Assembly (NCBI GenBank): GCA_965198175.1
Contig: OZ240245.1
Coordinates: 2,624,001 to 2,688,000, forward strand
Direction: 5' to 3'
Length of the DNA: 64,000 nt
Source: Candidatus Poribacteria bacterium
Lineage (GTDB): Bacteria; Poribacteria; WGA-4E; PCPOR2b
How positions within the stretch are numbered: position 1 is the stretch's first letter; the number at the start of each line of letters is the position of its first letter. The notes under the pieces were generated by a model. The model worked only from the letters and a program-made list of their open reading frames with translations, was not told where the DNA came from and ran no database searches. Below, in pieces: positions 41,772 to 51,899 of this stretch. A program made the position numbers and the translations under genes.

Positions 41772-42611
41772 CTATTTGCCTCTTCGCCGATTCGCCCATT
41801 TTAATTGCCCCCAGGTCGTAGTGAGCGGTTTGTCCACTGGGGAAACAGGCAATATCTCGGCAAAGCCTTCCTTCATGGCAGTGGTAATTTCATCTTGACT
41901 CAGTGCTCTACTGAAAACAAAGACTTCGTCAACCACCCCCTTGAACTCCCGGTGCTCCTTGTCACCGCGGCTCCAGTTAGCGATGCGAAAGTTATCGGTG
42001 GAAACCGCAAGTTCTTGTGGAATGGCCCCCTCCCCGGTCACCTCACCGTTCAGATAATGTGTGAGTTTATCATCCTTACGTACAACTACAAAATGCTGCC
42101 ATTCACCATGTTTCAGTTGGGTAACCACGCCCTGGCCAACCCAACAACCGCCTGGAGCGGACCCCGCGATAAAATAGAACTGATTTGCAGCGTCGCTATT
42201 CTGTTCAATGGACATTCCCCGACAATTCAACGGAGGCTGTGGATCGTTATTATGACTGGAGAGAATATTAGCCCACTGTTTTTGGGACTTTCCTGGATTC
42301 ACCCAACAGCCCAATGTGAAATCCTCGGTTTCCACAACGACTGGGACATTTATCTCTACATAATCAGCATCTCCATCGAAATCCAAACCCTCGCCAAATT
42401 TTCCCTCGACCCATTTCGGATCATGCACGACCTCTCCATCATTGCCATTGCCGGAGGCATCGGTGACTTTATCTCCTCTTCCTTCGTCAAACAGCCATAT
42501 CGCTACAGCGCCTTTAAGGTCAAGTTGGGCATGGGTTCTACCTGCTAACACCAAACTGGTGAAGACCAGGCCCATACAAAAGATGGTTAATCTGACAACT
42601 GTGCTTTTCAT
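41772..42611 (-). CDS. Secreted LamG domain protein (A2)
   Basis: Paralogue of 38198; tail VSPVDKPLTTTWGQLK. Confidence 0.9.
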   Translation of the reverse strand: MKSTVVRLTIFCMGLVFTSLVLAGRTHAQLDLKGAVAIWLFDEGRGDKVTDASGNGNDGEVVHDPKWVEGKFGEGLDFDGDADYVEINVPVVVETEDFTLGCWVNPGKSQKQWANILSSHNNDPQPPLNCRGMSIEQNSDAANQFYFIAGSAPGGCWVGQGVVTQLKHGEWQHFVVVRKDDKLTHYLNGEVTGEGAIPQELAVSTDNFRIANWSRGDKEHREFKGVVDEVFVFSRALSQDEITTAMKEGFAEILPVSPVDKPLTTTWGQLKWANRRRGK

Positions 42612-42867
42612 AAGACATTCTCCTTGTATAATATGTCGGTCGATTTTCCAAAATCGACAAGGAGATTGTCGGGTTTGGAGACCCGAGCAACAGTTTCATG
42701 CCACAATCTCCTTTTTTGCGGTTGTTGTTTTGATAAAGGAACTCCATTGCTGATTAGAATGGAGTCACACGCGGTGTGTAAACAAGATAAGGTAGGTCCT
42801 TCTCCTACGTATTGCTCGTTACGCATTATTCTTCCCTGAGATTAGGTGGTTATCAACGCTTAGCCGA

Positions 42868-44634
42868 TTATGGTTCGCGCAAGGTGACCTGCAGTTCGGC
42901 GTCTGGTTTGAGGTCGAACACGAGAATCAGATGGAACTCACCGTCTGTGTTCTTTGCAAGAATGAATTCCTTGGCGCTAGTTTCGACCCTCGATTGGTCA
43001 CGGCTGAATGCTGCGGGCAAACCCCAGAGGGCAATCGCATAGTCCTGGAATTCGGATTGAGTTAACATCTTCAGTTTGATTGTCAGCCCGTTTTCATCCC
43101 GGTGCCATTGTGACCGAACAATATCGACGTCGGGCGTTTCGACGTGCGTAATCGCGCTGCCCTGAGGCCCGCGTTCTTGAATGGTGTAGTCGAACCACCA
43201 GATGGGATTTGGGCTCTCGCGCTCGAACCGCATCTGACGCTTCTGGTCTTCGACGAGGATGTACTCGTAGGATAATGGGTCCTTCGCAGTATTTCCTCGA
43301 CAGTATTTCTTCGTCTTTCTGTCGTTCATGAGGGTGGAAATCCGCGTTAACCAGGGAATCCGCTCCCGCGGAACCAATCGACGCTCGCCAGCCCAGTGGC
43401 ACAGCCACCACATGTCATACAAGACATGGTCCGTCTTACTGACAAAAACGGTGCGTGGTGTCGCCTTGAAGTGCCTGCGATAATAGTCGGCGATGTCAAT
43501 CGTCCTGGCAAAGACTAGGTTATACGCTTTGGTAAACTCGAATGCCATCTGCCGCTGATAACGCTCGACGAACCGAAACATGGGCTCGTCCCCATAGCCT
43601 TCGTTGAACAGCCCGTTCGGATAGCCGTAATGTTTGGTGACACCATCATAGAGTGGTACAAGGAATGCCGAATGCCCGCTCAGCTCAACGAGGTTTTTCG
43701 CTTCCTTCATCCCCTGGCGCAAACATTTTAATGCAGTTCCCCACTGCCCCTCCGACGCGGCGTAGTGCCACATCACCGGTCCAAGAAAGTGCCAGCCACC
43801 GCAGAAATCCCATTGATGCGCGACAACCGAACCGCCCTCACCCTGGTTCATCTTCCGGCAGTCCACAGCCGAGGAGAAATAGGGAAACTCCGGCATGCCG
43901 AGCCACGGTTTTGCATTCGCTTCCTGCAGACCGCAATGGTCGTTCACACCGAGTCGGATGAACGTCTCGGTATACCCAGTATCAAAATCGTGGTGCATCA
44001 TCACGCGCGCCGAACGTGCATCGTTGCCATCAGGCAAAAGGGTGCGCACCTTCTCCAACCCCTCACCGTAAACCTTGACACGCTCATCCACACGCATCTC
44101 GGGGGTATCCGGAAAATGGGGGACGATGGTATCGCCGTATTGACGATGGTAACCGAAGAACTTTTGGAAGAGCGGGTCATTCGGATCAAATTGCTCTATC
44201 GGCAGACGGTAGTCGAGCGGGATGCCTGTAGCGTGCAGGGTTGGCTCTGCTTCCAACTCGACGAACGTGCTGAAGCGGAGTACAATCGAATCATCTTCAA
44301 TCACGGAGAAATAACGATAGAACACTTCATCGCCGGCACGCCACCGTGCGATGTAATTGCCGGCGGCCTCCGGCTGATAGGTGAGAGAAGCACGTCCGTT
44401 GGCAAACTTCAGATCAATCTGTTCCGATTCCAGCGTGTCCAGCCATGCGAGATCGCCACCGGCGACAAACGCTTTTCCCGGATTTGCACGTTCAAGATAC
44501 CGCGGGAAGATGGTCAGATCCTCTGCCTCCGTCCTATCCGGAAGCAAAAAGTGGAACTCTATCTTCTCCCCTTGCTTTAGCAATCTGCTGCCTGTGGTCC
44601 ATTGCGGCATTTTCAAAAGACTTTCAGTCATCAT
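42868..44634 (-). CDS. Uncharacterised protein, paralogue family (possible carbohydrate-active barrel fold)
   Basis: 588 aa; IFPRYLE, GNYIAR, FYRYF, GMPEFPYF, HQWDFCGGWHFLGP, DIADYYRRH shared with 50004 and, more loosely, 52116. Confidence 0.75.
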   Translation of the reverse strand: MMTESLLKMPQWTTGSRLLKQGEKIEFHFLLPDRTEAEDLTIFPRYLERANPGKAFVAGGDLAWLDTLESEQIDLKFANGRASLTYQPEAAGNYIARWRAGDEVFYRYFSVIEDDSIVLRFSTFVELEAEPTLHATGIPLDYRLPIEQFDPNDPLFQKFFGYHRQYGDTIVPHFPDTPEMRVDERVKVYGEGLEKVRTLLPDGNDARSARVMMHHDFDTGYTETFIRLGVNDHCGLQEANAKPWLGMPEFPYFSSAVDCRKMNQGEGGSVVAHQWDFCGGWHFLGPVMWHYAASEGQWGTALKCLRQGMKEAKNLVELSGHSAFLVPLYDGVTKHYGYPNGLFNEGYGDEPMFRFVERYQRQMAFEFTKAYNLVFARTIDIADYYRRHFKATPRTVFVSKTDHVLYDMWWLCHWAGERRLVPRERIPWLTRISTLMNDRKTKKYCRGNTAKDPLSYEYILVEDQKRQMRFERESPNPIWWFDYTIQERGPQGSAITHVETPDVDIVRSQWHRDENGLTIKLKMLTQSEFQDYAIALWGLPAAFSRDQSRVETSAKEFILAKNTDGEFHLILVFDLKPDAELQVTLREP

Positions 44635-44839
44635 ATAAACCTCTGGTGCAGTCTTAAGGGTAGTAATGCAATAAATACGGGCATAACGCCCTACGCTACG
44701 GCAGATGCGTTGTAGTCTAGCGCTTCAAGCTGCGCTAGAGACTTGCGAGAATCCTCTTGCCTTTTTTGCCCTGGGCCTTTCTTAGCCAGCGGGACGTGCG
44801 TTGCAGGTATATCCACGTACTTGATGTCATTCATTTCTA

Positions 44840-44992
44840 TTACCTCCATGAGCCAAGCTTTATCTTTACCCAAAGATTATTGAGTTTTTCCGCGGCACTC
44901 ACAGCAGCAAACTAATTATCCTTGCACTCAAAGTTCTGCTTTATTTCATCTTGAATCAGCACGCGGTTATAAATACAAACGTCGTCGATTCC
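44840..44992 (-). pseudogene. 3' remnant of a further LamG gene
   Basis: Manual translation GIDDVCIYNRVLIQDEIKQNFECKDN*FAAVSAAEKLNNLWVKIK gives a LamG end plus tail with an internal TAG. The 5' side is replaced by a REP-like element. Confidence 0.65.
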
Positions 44993-45084
44993 TTCGCTTG
45001 TAGAAGGGGCCGCGGGGGTTAGGTTTGGATAAGTGTCAAGCATCCTGGTCCTTCCCCGCACGCTTTTTGGAATTCAGAAATCTC

Positions 45085-46128
45085 TTATTTGGACTTGATG
45101 TTACCCCAAAAGGTAGTCAGCTTACCTTTCGCTTCGATGCTTTGACCCGCGAATCCGGTGTCATATTCTTCCACAATTGAATGAAACATCCATCCCTTCG
45201 CTCCTTTGCCAACTGACGTAAACCCCCCAATTGCATAAATCTTTCCGTTCACTGCACTCGCGGCAAGCAGACACCTTGCGGTTGGCATGTCAGGGCCCTT
45301 GGTCCATATGTCAGCCGCCGGATCATATATCTCCACAGTAGAAAGATACTCCCCATCTCCCGCATAACCGCCAATCGCATAGATTTTTTCATTGACGACG
45401 ACGGTGGCAAGCCAACTTCTCGGCGTTGGCATGTCGGCTCTCTTCGTCCATTTCCGAGTTTTTGGATTGTATTCTTCCACGGTAGAAAGCACTTTGTCCG
45501 CGTCCGCGAAGCCAGCCATGGGAACTCTGTGTGCACCCCCGATGGCGTAGACTTTCCCATTGACTGTGCTTGCCGAAAGCTGACCTCTTGACGTTGGCAT
45601 CTCACTGGCGTCATTCCACCTGTTTTTCGCCGGGGTGTATTCCTCCACTTTCGGCATAACGCCTCCCCAATCATCACCCCCAATTGCATAAATCTTGTCG
45701 TCTACAACGCTTGTAGTTAAATCAGCTCTTGCGGTCGGCATGTCGGCTTTCTTCTTCCACTTGTTAGCCGCTAGATTATATTCCTCTACGGTTGATAAGG
45801 CGCCAACCGCCAAGCCTCCGATGGCATAAATCGTATCGTTCACAACGCCACCGGCGAAATAGCCCCTTTCAGTCGACATACTCGCTTTCGGTACCCATAA
45901 ATCCATCGCTGGGTCGTATTCTTCTACATTTCCTGTATATCCCCCTTTTATCTCGCCGCCGATGGCATAAATCTTATCATTCACCACAACCGTGACAGGA
46001 CCCGATCTAGTGGTGGGCATATCGGCTTTCTTCGTCCATCTTCCCTCTTGTGCGAGGCCAATCGAGGAGCCGCCCAACAGCCCGCTTAGCATCAATACCG
46101 GAAAGATCCAAGCGAAATGTCGCTTCAT
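45085..46128 (-). CDS. Secreted Kelch-repeat beta-propeller protein
   Basis: Signal peptide, six repeats of 'KIYAIGG...VEEYDP...W.K.ADMPT.R', tail SIEAKGKLTTFWGNIKSK. Confidence 0.93.
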   Translation of the reverse strand: MKRHFAWIFPVLMLSGLLGGSSIGLAQEGRWTKKADMPTTRSGPVTVVVNDKIYAIGGEIKGGYTGNVEEYDPAMDLWVPKASMSTERGYFAGGVVNDTIYAIGGLAVGALSTVEEYNLAANKWKKKADMPTARADLTTSVVDDKIYAIGGDDWGGVMPKVEEYTPAKNRWNDASEMPTSRGQLSASTVNGKVYAIGGAHRVPMAGFADADKVLSTVEEYNPKTRKWTKRADMPTPRSWLATVVVNEKIYAIGGYAGDGEYLSTVEIYDPAADIWTKGPDMPTARCLLAASAVNGKIYAIGGFTSVGKGAKGWMFHSIVEEYDTGFAGQSIEAKGKLTTFWGNIKSK

Positions 46129-46312
46129 GATAAATAAATACCTCCCCTATAGTACGGTAAAATAAATATGATGCGTAAAACGTTCGGAGGGTTCAATACC
46201 GCATCGAAGATGGGGGTCAGATCCCTAGCCATCACAATCAACGTGATAAAGTAAGAGGAAGCGCAGGGGCACGGCGCACCGTACCCCTGCTTGAGGATTT
46301 AGACGTATCAGA

Positions 46313-47140
46313 TTAAAATTGCGTTTTTATGCTTCCCCAAGCGACAGCAATTTTCCCTGCTGGGGAAACGGCGCCTGGAACGGCAAAGCCTACGTCCATG
46401 AGGCTCATAATTTCATCGTGACTCAGCGCTCTCTCGAAAAGAAAGACATCGTCAACCATGCCATTGAACCCCCGGTTGTCATCGGGACCGCGACTCCAGT
46501 TACCGATGCGGAAAGTATGTGTGGAAAGCGCATAGGGTGTATCTCTTTGAGCGCTTCCCTCCACGGATACCTCACCGTTAAGATAATGTGTCAATGCAGC
46601 GCCTTCGCGTACAATCACAAAATGCTGCCAAACACCGGTTTCCAGTTGGGTTTTCGGCCCTTGACCAAGCCAACAATCGTCTGGCGCACCTCCCGCAATA
46701 AAGTAGAACTGATTTGTAGCGTCGCTATTCTGTTCAATGGACATTCCCCGACAATTTAACGGCGGCTCTGGATCGTTGCCATGACTGGAGAGAATATTAG
46801 CCCACTGATTTTGTGTCTCTCCTGGATTGACCCAAAGGCCCATTGTGAAATCAACGGTTTCGACAACGACTGGGGCATTCGCCTCCACATAATCATCCTC
46901 CCCATCGAAACTCAAAGCTGTTCCGAACTTTCCGCCGACCCATGTCGGATCATTCACGAGGGCTGCGTGGTAGTCATTGCCAGAAATATCGCCGGCTGTA
47001 TCGCCTTCCCCTTCATCAAAGAGCCATATAGCCCTCGCGCCTGCCATATCAACTTGAGCCTCGCTGATGCTTGTCAACACCAAACTGGTGAAGACCAAGC
47101 CAACGCATAAAAAGGTTAATCGGACAACTGTCTTATTCAT
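46313..47140 (-). CDS. Secreted LamG domain protein (B2)
   Basis: Paralogue of 39509; tail AVSPAGKIAVAWGSIKTQF. Confidence 0.9.
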   Translation of the reverse strand: MNKTVVRLTFLCVGLVFTSLVLTSISEAQVDMAGARAIWLFDEGEGDTAGDISGNDYHAALVNDPTWVGGKFGTALSFDGEDDYVEANAPVVVETVDFTMGLWVNPGETQNQWANILSSHGNDPEPPLNCRGMSIEQNSDATNQFYFIAGGAPDDCWLGQGPKTQLETGVWQHFVIVREGAALTHYLNGEVSVEGSAQRDTPYALSTHTFRIGNWSRGPDDNRGFNGMVDDVFLFERALSHDEIMSLMDVGFAVPGAVSPAGKIAVAWGSIKTQF

Positions 47141-47927
47141 GAGATACGTTCCTTTCTTGAATAGTTGTTATGATGGAAAACCTCATCTCGAAAGGATCAA
47201 GATAGAGTCAAAACGAATCCTTAAGCTAACACGCTAGAGTTGGTTTTACTATTGGCGCTTTCATCCCAAGCAGGCACAAATCACTTCGCCTTCGGATTGC
47301 TTTCCAGCGTGTATCAGCATTGTCTCAATCCACTTGGCATATCAACTCGACCACCGGTAAGCGGCTGTTTTAGCTATTGAAGCGGCTTGTCGAAGTCGAT
47401 ACGCTCCACAAACAAAAAAAGTCTCCAAAAAGGCAAACGAACCAGCCTCTTCAAAGACGCTTGGTAAGGAAAAATAATCGCGCATGAAACTTCTCGGTGA
47501 AACCGGAACAGAAAAATCCCCTAATAGTGGGAGTCGCTGATCCTGCCCCCCTGGGGAAATGTAGTTGTGGCACGGGTTTAAGGGGATTTTGGTCGGAATA
47601 AAAGCAAGCAATTTCATTGTTGTCGTACCAAAGCACTGAGCTCGCCGGAGATATACCTAACCTTAGCCGATGATCCGATTGAATGGATTATATCATAGCT
47701 TCACATCCTGAGTCAACAAAAAAGTAGGGCTAAAATGCTTGGACAAATTCTCCTGAGAATAGAAGTTGCTATGCGGCTTTCTGATGGATTCTTGCTCGAA
47801 GCTAAATAAAGATGAGAAGGGTTTCAGGTTTCCCACAACAGTGCGGAAACTCAGCGAATAAATTGGCGCATAATTTAATAAGAGATGTTGCCGATTTCCC
47901 ACGTATCAGAAGAGCATATTCATCAGC

Positions 47928-49844
47928 TTAAAAAAACCAAAACACATAAGTATCTAGACCCAATATAAGACCTATCGCTTCCCAAGTGATGCCAACAATA
48001 AATTCACCTAGAATCAGTCCTAAGAAAAGCGGTGTGGCGCGACGGTATGTTTTGAGCCCTCCCCACTTAAGAAGCACTAATTTTATGCCCCAGCTAATGA
48101 AGATAGGTAACCAACAAACAGTCATTCCCCACCTGTCCGAGATTGCATAGCCTGCTGGGTGAAGTATGAACCACAGAAACCTGCTCCGCATCAACGCAAT
48201 TCCAACCGTTGCTAGGAAACCAACGCCAACATAGGCTGTTGAGCTATCCGGGGTTAGTGGATAAGCGAGCCATGCCCCCAACCTGTTATAAGATTCCCAT
48301 CCAAACCAGAATACTCGTTTTTCCATCCCTGTTTGATAACAGGCATGTAGAAATACCCAAAAGAAGCACGGGATAGCGAATATTGTAGCCAAGACGAGCA
48401 CACGTAGAAGTCCTTTATTTTCAATTTTCATCGTATCAGCCATCTTGAAGGCTTCGAGTTGGTGCGGCATTGGATCACTGTAATGTGCGCGGTTAAGAAA
48501 CCAAAACATGCTAAACATCGTCAGATTTCTTACTCCCAGAGGGCGCACGCCAACAACCCTGGGTAAAAGCGCATCCGGCCCAACATTGTGAAAATCATGT
48601 ACTGGCGTACCGAGTTCCGCGCGCATTCGTGTGATAGCTATCTTCAAGGCGAAGAATATTAAAAAGAATACGACAATAACCCAAAAAGACATCCCAGCGG
48701 CATAGCAGAAAACAAGTATGAACAAAAGCCCGGTTATCAATCCCAGCGCAGCGAACCTATAGCGCATCGGCTCATGTGAGTCGTCCGAAGGGTCTTTCCG
48801 TCCCATTATAATCTTGCGCATAACCCCTTTGAGGTAGTGTCTGCTCACCCAAAGCGCTATCGCACATATCGCAATATATGCTCCTGCAGTTTGCGCGCCT
48901 GCAAATGGAAATCCCGTACCGCTAAGTCCGAATATACTCCCCAGCACCCCCTGAGATTTCCGGAACCAGAAGAAAAACCAGCAGGAGAACGATAGGTCCA
49001 GGGGGATAAAGAAAGTTAAGCCAATAACAAAGGGATAGAATGATACAGGTATAGCTCCTAACGCATCCCATGGCTTCTCTGTAAATATATTTACATGCTG
49101 GATCTTCATCCGCAATCCGGGAATCACTGGATACAGATGGTTTAATCCATTAAGAAGGTCAATTGCACCAGAAATGACTATACCAATCCACAGTAATCTG
49201 TTTTTAAAAATACCTACGGGATTACTGATAAGTCTGTAAGGAAGTTGGACAATGGGATAACTCAGCTTCTCTTCTTCAATCCACCGTCTGCTAAGAAGCA
49301 CATTGATACACAGCAGCGCGAATACGAGCGCAAAGACAAAGCCTGACCATGCAAGCACAGGAACTATCCACGCTCTGATATGTTCGATTTCATAAAGAGT
49401 GGAATCGCCCTCATAGTATCCACTTAGCACTCGCTTGTCGTCTACAGCTAACCATCTGGGGATGTATGCTAAAAAAAGTCCACCCCAATCGTTCTCGGGA
49501 CTCGCATACCAGAACGGATGTCCCATCAGTGAGGGCAAGACTTGCATCAGCCCGTGACCTGAAATTGATGAAGCGGTGGTCATCATCGCATAAATCGCTA
49601 ATAGCTCACCTCTACTTAGCCCTAGCTTCGGGGAAATACGTCTCAACGATGCACTGAGCAAAGTGATTATCAGCAGACTGAAGACTGCATTGGAAAACAG
49701 CGATATGGTGGTGGGATGCGAAGCGTTCCAATATACGACAGTTTCCCTCTGGACGAGCCAATAGATATTTATGAAGCTAAATGCAAGCCCGATTCCTACA
49801 GACCGCAGGGTAAAGGGTGAAGTCGATGTTTCTCGACTCTTCAT
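47928..49844 (-). CDS. DUF6785/DUF6784-like (OPT-like) multi-pass membrane protein
   Basis: 638 aa; EKLSYPIVQLP, TRMRAELG, PHQLEAFK, LHPAGYA. Confidence 0.85.
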   Translation of the reverse strand: MKSRETSTSPFTLRSVGIGLAFSFINIYWLVQRETVVYWNASHPTTISLFSNAVFSLLIITLLSASLRRISPKLGLSRGELLAIYAMMTTASSISGHGLMQVLPSLMGHPFWYASPENDWGGLFLAYIPRWLAVDDKRVLSGYYEGDSTLYEIEHIRAWIVPVLAWSGFVFALVFALLCINVLLSRRWIEEEKLSYPIVQLPYRLISNPVGIFKNRLLWIGIVISGAIDLLNGLNHLYPVIPGLRMKIQHVNIFTEKPWDALGAIPVSFYPFVIGLTFFIPLDLSFSCWFFFWFRKSQGVLGSIFGLSGTGFPFAGAQTAGAYIAICAIALWVSRHYLKGVMRKIIMGRKDPSDDSHEPMRYRFAALGLITGLLFILVFCYAAGMSFWVIVVFFLIFFALKIAITRMRAELGTPVHDFHNVGPDALLPRVVGVRPLGVRNLTMFSMFWFLNRAHYSDPMPHQLEAFKMADTMKIENKGLLRVLVLATIFAIPCFFWVFLHACYQTGMEKRVFWFGWESYNRLGAWLAYPLTPDSSTAYVGVGFLATVGIALMRSRFLWFILHPAGYAISDRWGMTVCWLPIFISWGIKLVLLKWGGLKTYRRATPLFLGLILGEFIVGITWEAIGLILGLDTYVFWFF

Positions 49845-50003
49845 CTGATTGCCCCCGACTCGCTCAAATAGAGGAAATGAAGGAAATGGGGAGATGCCGC
49901 GTCATTTACCTCTTAATCCCTCACCGACCCATTTTCCCGGTTCACGTTTGTGCCCTCTCGCGCTGATAACTGACTACAATCGATATGGGTTAAAAACCGT
50001 TGA

Positions 50004-51899
50004 CTATGGCACCCTCAAGGTCACCTCTAGCACAAAGTCGGGAACAAGGTCGAAAAATAGAACCATGTGATACTCACCGTCCGTGTTCTTTGCAAGGACA
50101 TATTCCTTGGCGTTGGTTTCGACCGTGAACAGATTCGGGTTCCTCGCAAATTCGTCCGGCAATTCCCATAGCGCAATCGCATAATCCGAAAATTCCGCTT
50201 CGGTGAGCATTCTTAACTCAATCCGAAGCCCTTCCTCGACCGGCATCCATTTCGGTTTTGAACGAAGCGTCGGAATCCTCGATGGATCGACGCCCGAATA
50301 GACGGGCCAGGTACGATTAGTCTGGAAGAAACCAACATCCGGCGTCTCCACATGCGAAATCGAACTGCCTTCGGGACCTAGTGTTGCGCGCGGGTCCGTG
50401 TAGTCAAACCACCAGATGGGGTTGAGACATTCCCGCTCGAACCGAATTGAGCGCCGCTGGTCCTCAACCACGATATACTCGTAGGACCACGGGTCTTTGC
50501 CGCCGTACCGGGTGTTCTTCCTCAAATCCATGATGGGAGGGATGCGCGTATTCCAGGGGAGCCGCTCGCGCGTCAACAATATATGCGCTCCAGCCCACCC
50601 ATTAATCCAGTTCATATCGTAAAAGATGTGATCCGTCTTGCTAACGAAAACGGTGCGGGGTGTGACTGTGAAGTGCCGGCGATAGTAGTCGGCAACGTCG
50701 AGTGACCGCGCGTAGACAAGTTTGAACGCTTTGGGTATTTCGAAAGCCATGTAACGTTGATATCGTTCTACAAACTGGAACACCGGATACAAGTTGTGTT
50801 CAGTTCCCCAATCACTGTCATCAAGCGGACAGTGGAGTGCCCCGTCGCGAAGCTGGCATGTGAAGGCAGCGTCATAAAGCGGGAAAATAAAGGCGGGATG
50901 CCCACTCATCTCCACAAGATTCTCGGCTTCACTCACACCTTGACGGAAGCACTTCTCCGCTTCATCCCAATGGTTTTCCGATGTATCGAATTGATTGTGC
51001 CAAGTCACAGGTCCCAGGAAATGCCAGCCGGTGCAGAAATCCCATTGATGCGCAACCACTGAGCCGCCTTCAGCCTGATTGGTCTTGCGAAAATCCAACG
51101 GCGAGGCGAAATAAGGAAATTCCGGCATCCCCAGCCACGATCCCCCGTTTGCCATTTGTAGTCCGAAGTGACTATTGATGCCGAGTTTCATGAACGTCTC
51201 CACATAACCGGGGTCGTTCGAATGCCACATCTCAACCCGACCTGCACGGGCGTCGTTAATATCCGGCAAAAGGCTCTTGACCCGCTCCAGTGCCTCCCCA
51301 TACTGCCGCACGCGCTCTTCCTGGCTGAGCGTTGGAGTGTCCGGAAATTGAGGGACGACCGTGTCACCGAAATGGCGATGGAACTCCAGAAATTTCTGAC
51401 ACAGCGGATCGCTCGGGTCGTATCTTACTGTATAATCAAGTTTTGCAATTTTCTCGAAATAACTCTCAACCGGTAATGGGTAGTCGATTGGGATGCCGGT
51501 AGCGTGCAAGGTCGGTCTCTGCAGAGCAGGGTAACCGCTGAATCGCACCACAATCCAGTCATCTTCAATCGCGGCGAAATAGCGATAGAACACCTCATCG
51601 CCGGCGCGCCACCGTGCGATGTAATTGCCGGGGGACAGCGGTTGATAGGTGAGAGAAGCACGTCCGTTAACAAACTTCAGCTCGAACTGTTCTGACTCCA
51701 GCGTGTCCAGCCACCCGAGATCGCCGCCCGCGGTAAAGGCGTCCCCCGGCTCAGCCCGTTCGAGATACCGCGGGAAAATGGTCAAATCTTCGGCTTTGAA
51801 CCCATCCGGCAGGAAAAAGTTAAACGCTATCCCTTCCCCCAACTTCAGCAGCCTGGAACCTGTGGTCCATTGCGGTACTTTCAAAAGACTCTTATTCAT
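50004..51899 (-). CDS. Uncharacterised protein, paralogue of 42868 (frame extends upstream to 52091)
   Basis: RBS GAGGAG before MNKSLLKVPQWTTGSRLL, which matches the N-terminus of the 42868 gene. Motifs are shared throughout. Confidence 0.75.
   Translation of the reverse strand: MNKSLLKVPQWTTGSRLLKLGEGIAFNFFLPDGFKAEDLTIFPRYLERAEPGDAFTAGGDLGWLDTLESEQFELKFVNGRASLTYQPLSPGNYIARWRAGDEVFYRYFAAIEDDWIVVRFSGYPALQRPTLHATGIPIDYPLPVESYFEKIAKLDYTVRYDPSDPLCQKFLEFHRHFGDTVVPQFPDTPTLSQEERVRQYGEALERVKSLLPDINDARAGRVEMWHSNDPGYVETFMKLGINSHFGLQMANGGSWLGMPEFPYFASPLDFRKTNQAEGGSVVAHQWDFCTGWHFLGPVTWHNQFDTSENHWDEAEKCFRQGVSEAENLVEMSGHPAFIFPLYDAAFTCQLRDGALHCPLDDSDWGTEHNLYPVFQFVERYQRYMAFEIPKAFKLVYARSLDVADYYRRHFTVTPRTVFVSKTDHIFYDMNWINGWAGAHILLTRERLPWNTRIPPIMDLRKNTRYGGKDPWSYEYIVVEDQRRSIRFERECLNPIWWFDYTDPRATLGPEGSSISHVETPDVGFFQTNRTWPVYSGVDPSRIPTLRSKPKWMPVEEGLRIELRMLTEAEFSDYAIALWELPDEFARNPNLFTVETNAKEYVLAKNTDGEYHMVLFFDLVPDFVLEVTLRVP

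Noticed and set aside
38198..47140. Diversity-generating retroelement behind the LamG variation
   Set aside because: No reverse transcriptase or template repeat is in the window, and the differences are not confined to adenines or to a C-terminal region.
47173..47899. Segment absent from the duplicate copy, possibly a transposase remnant
   Set aside because: No recognisable catalytic motif or terminal repeats could be confirmed by eye.
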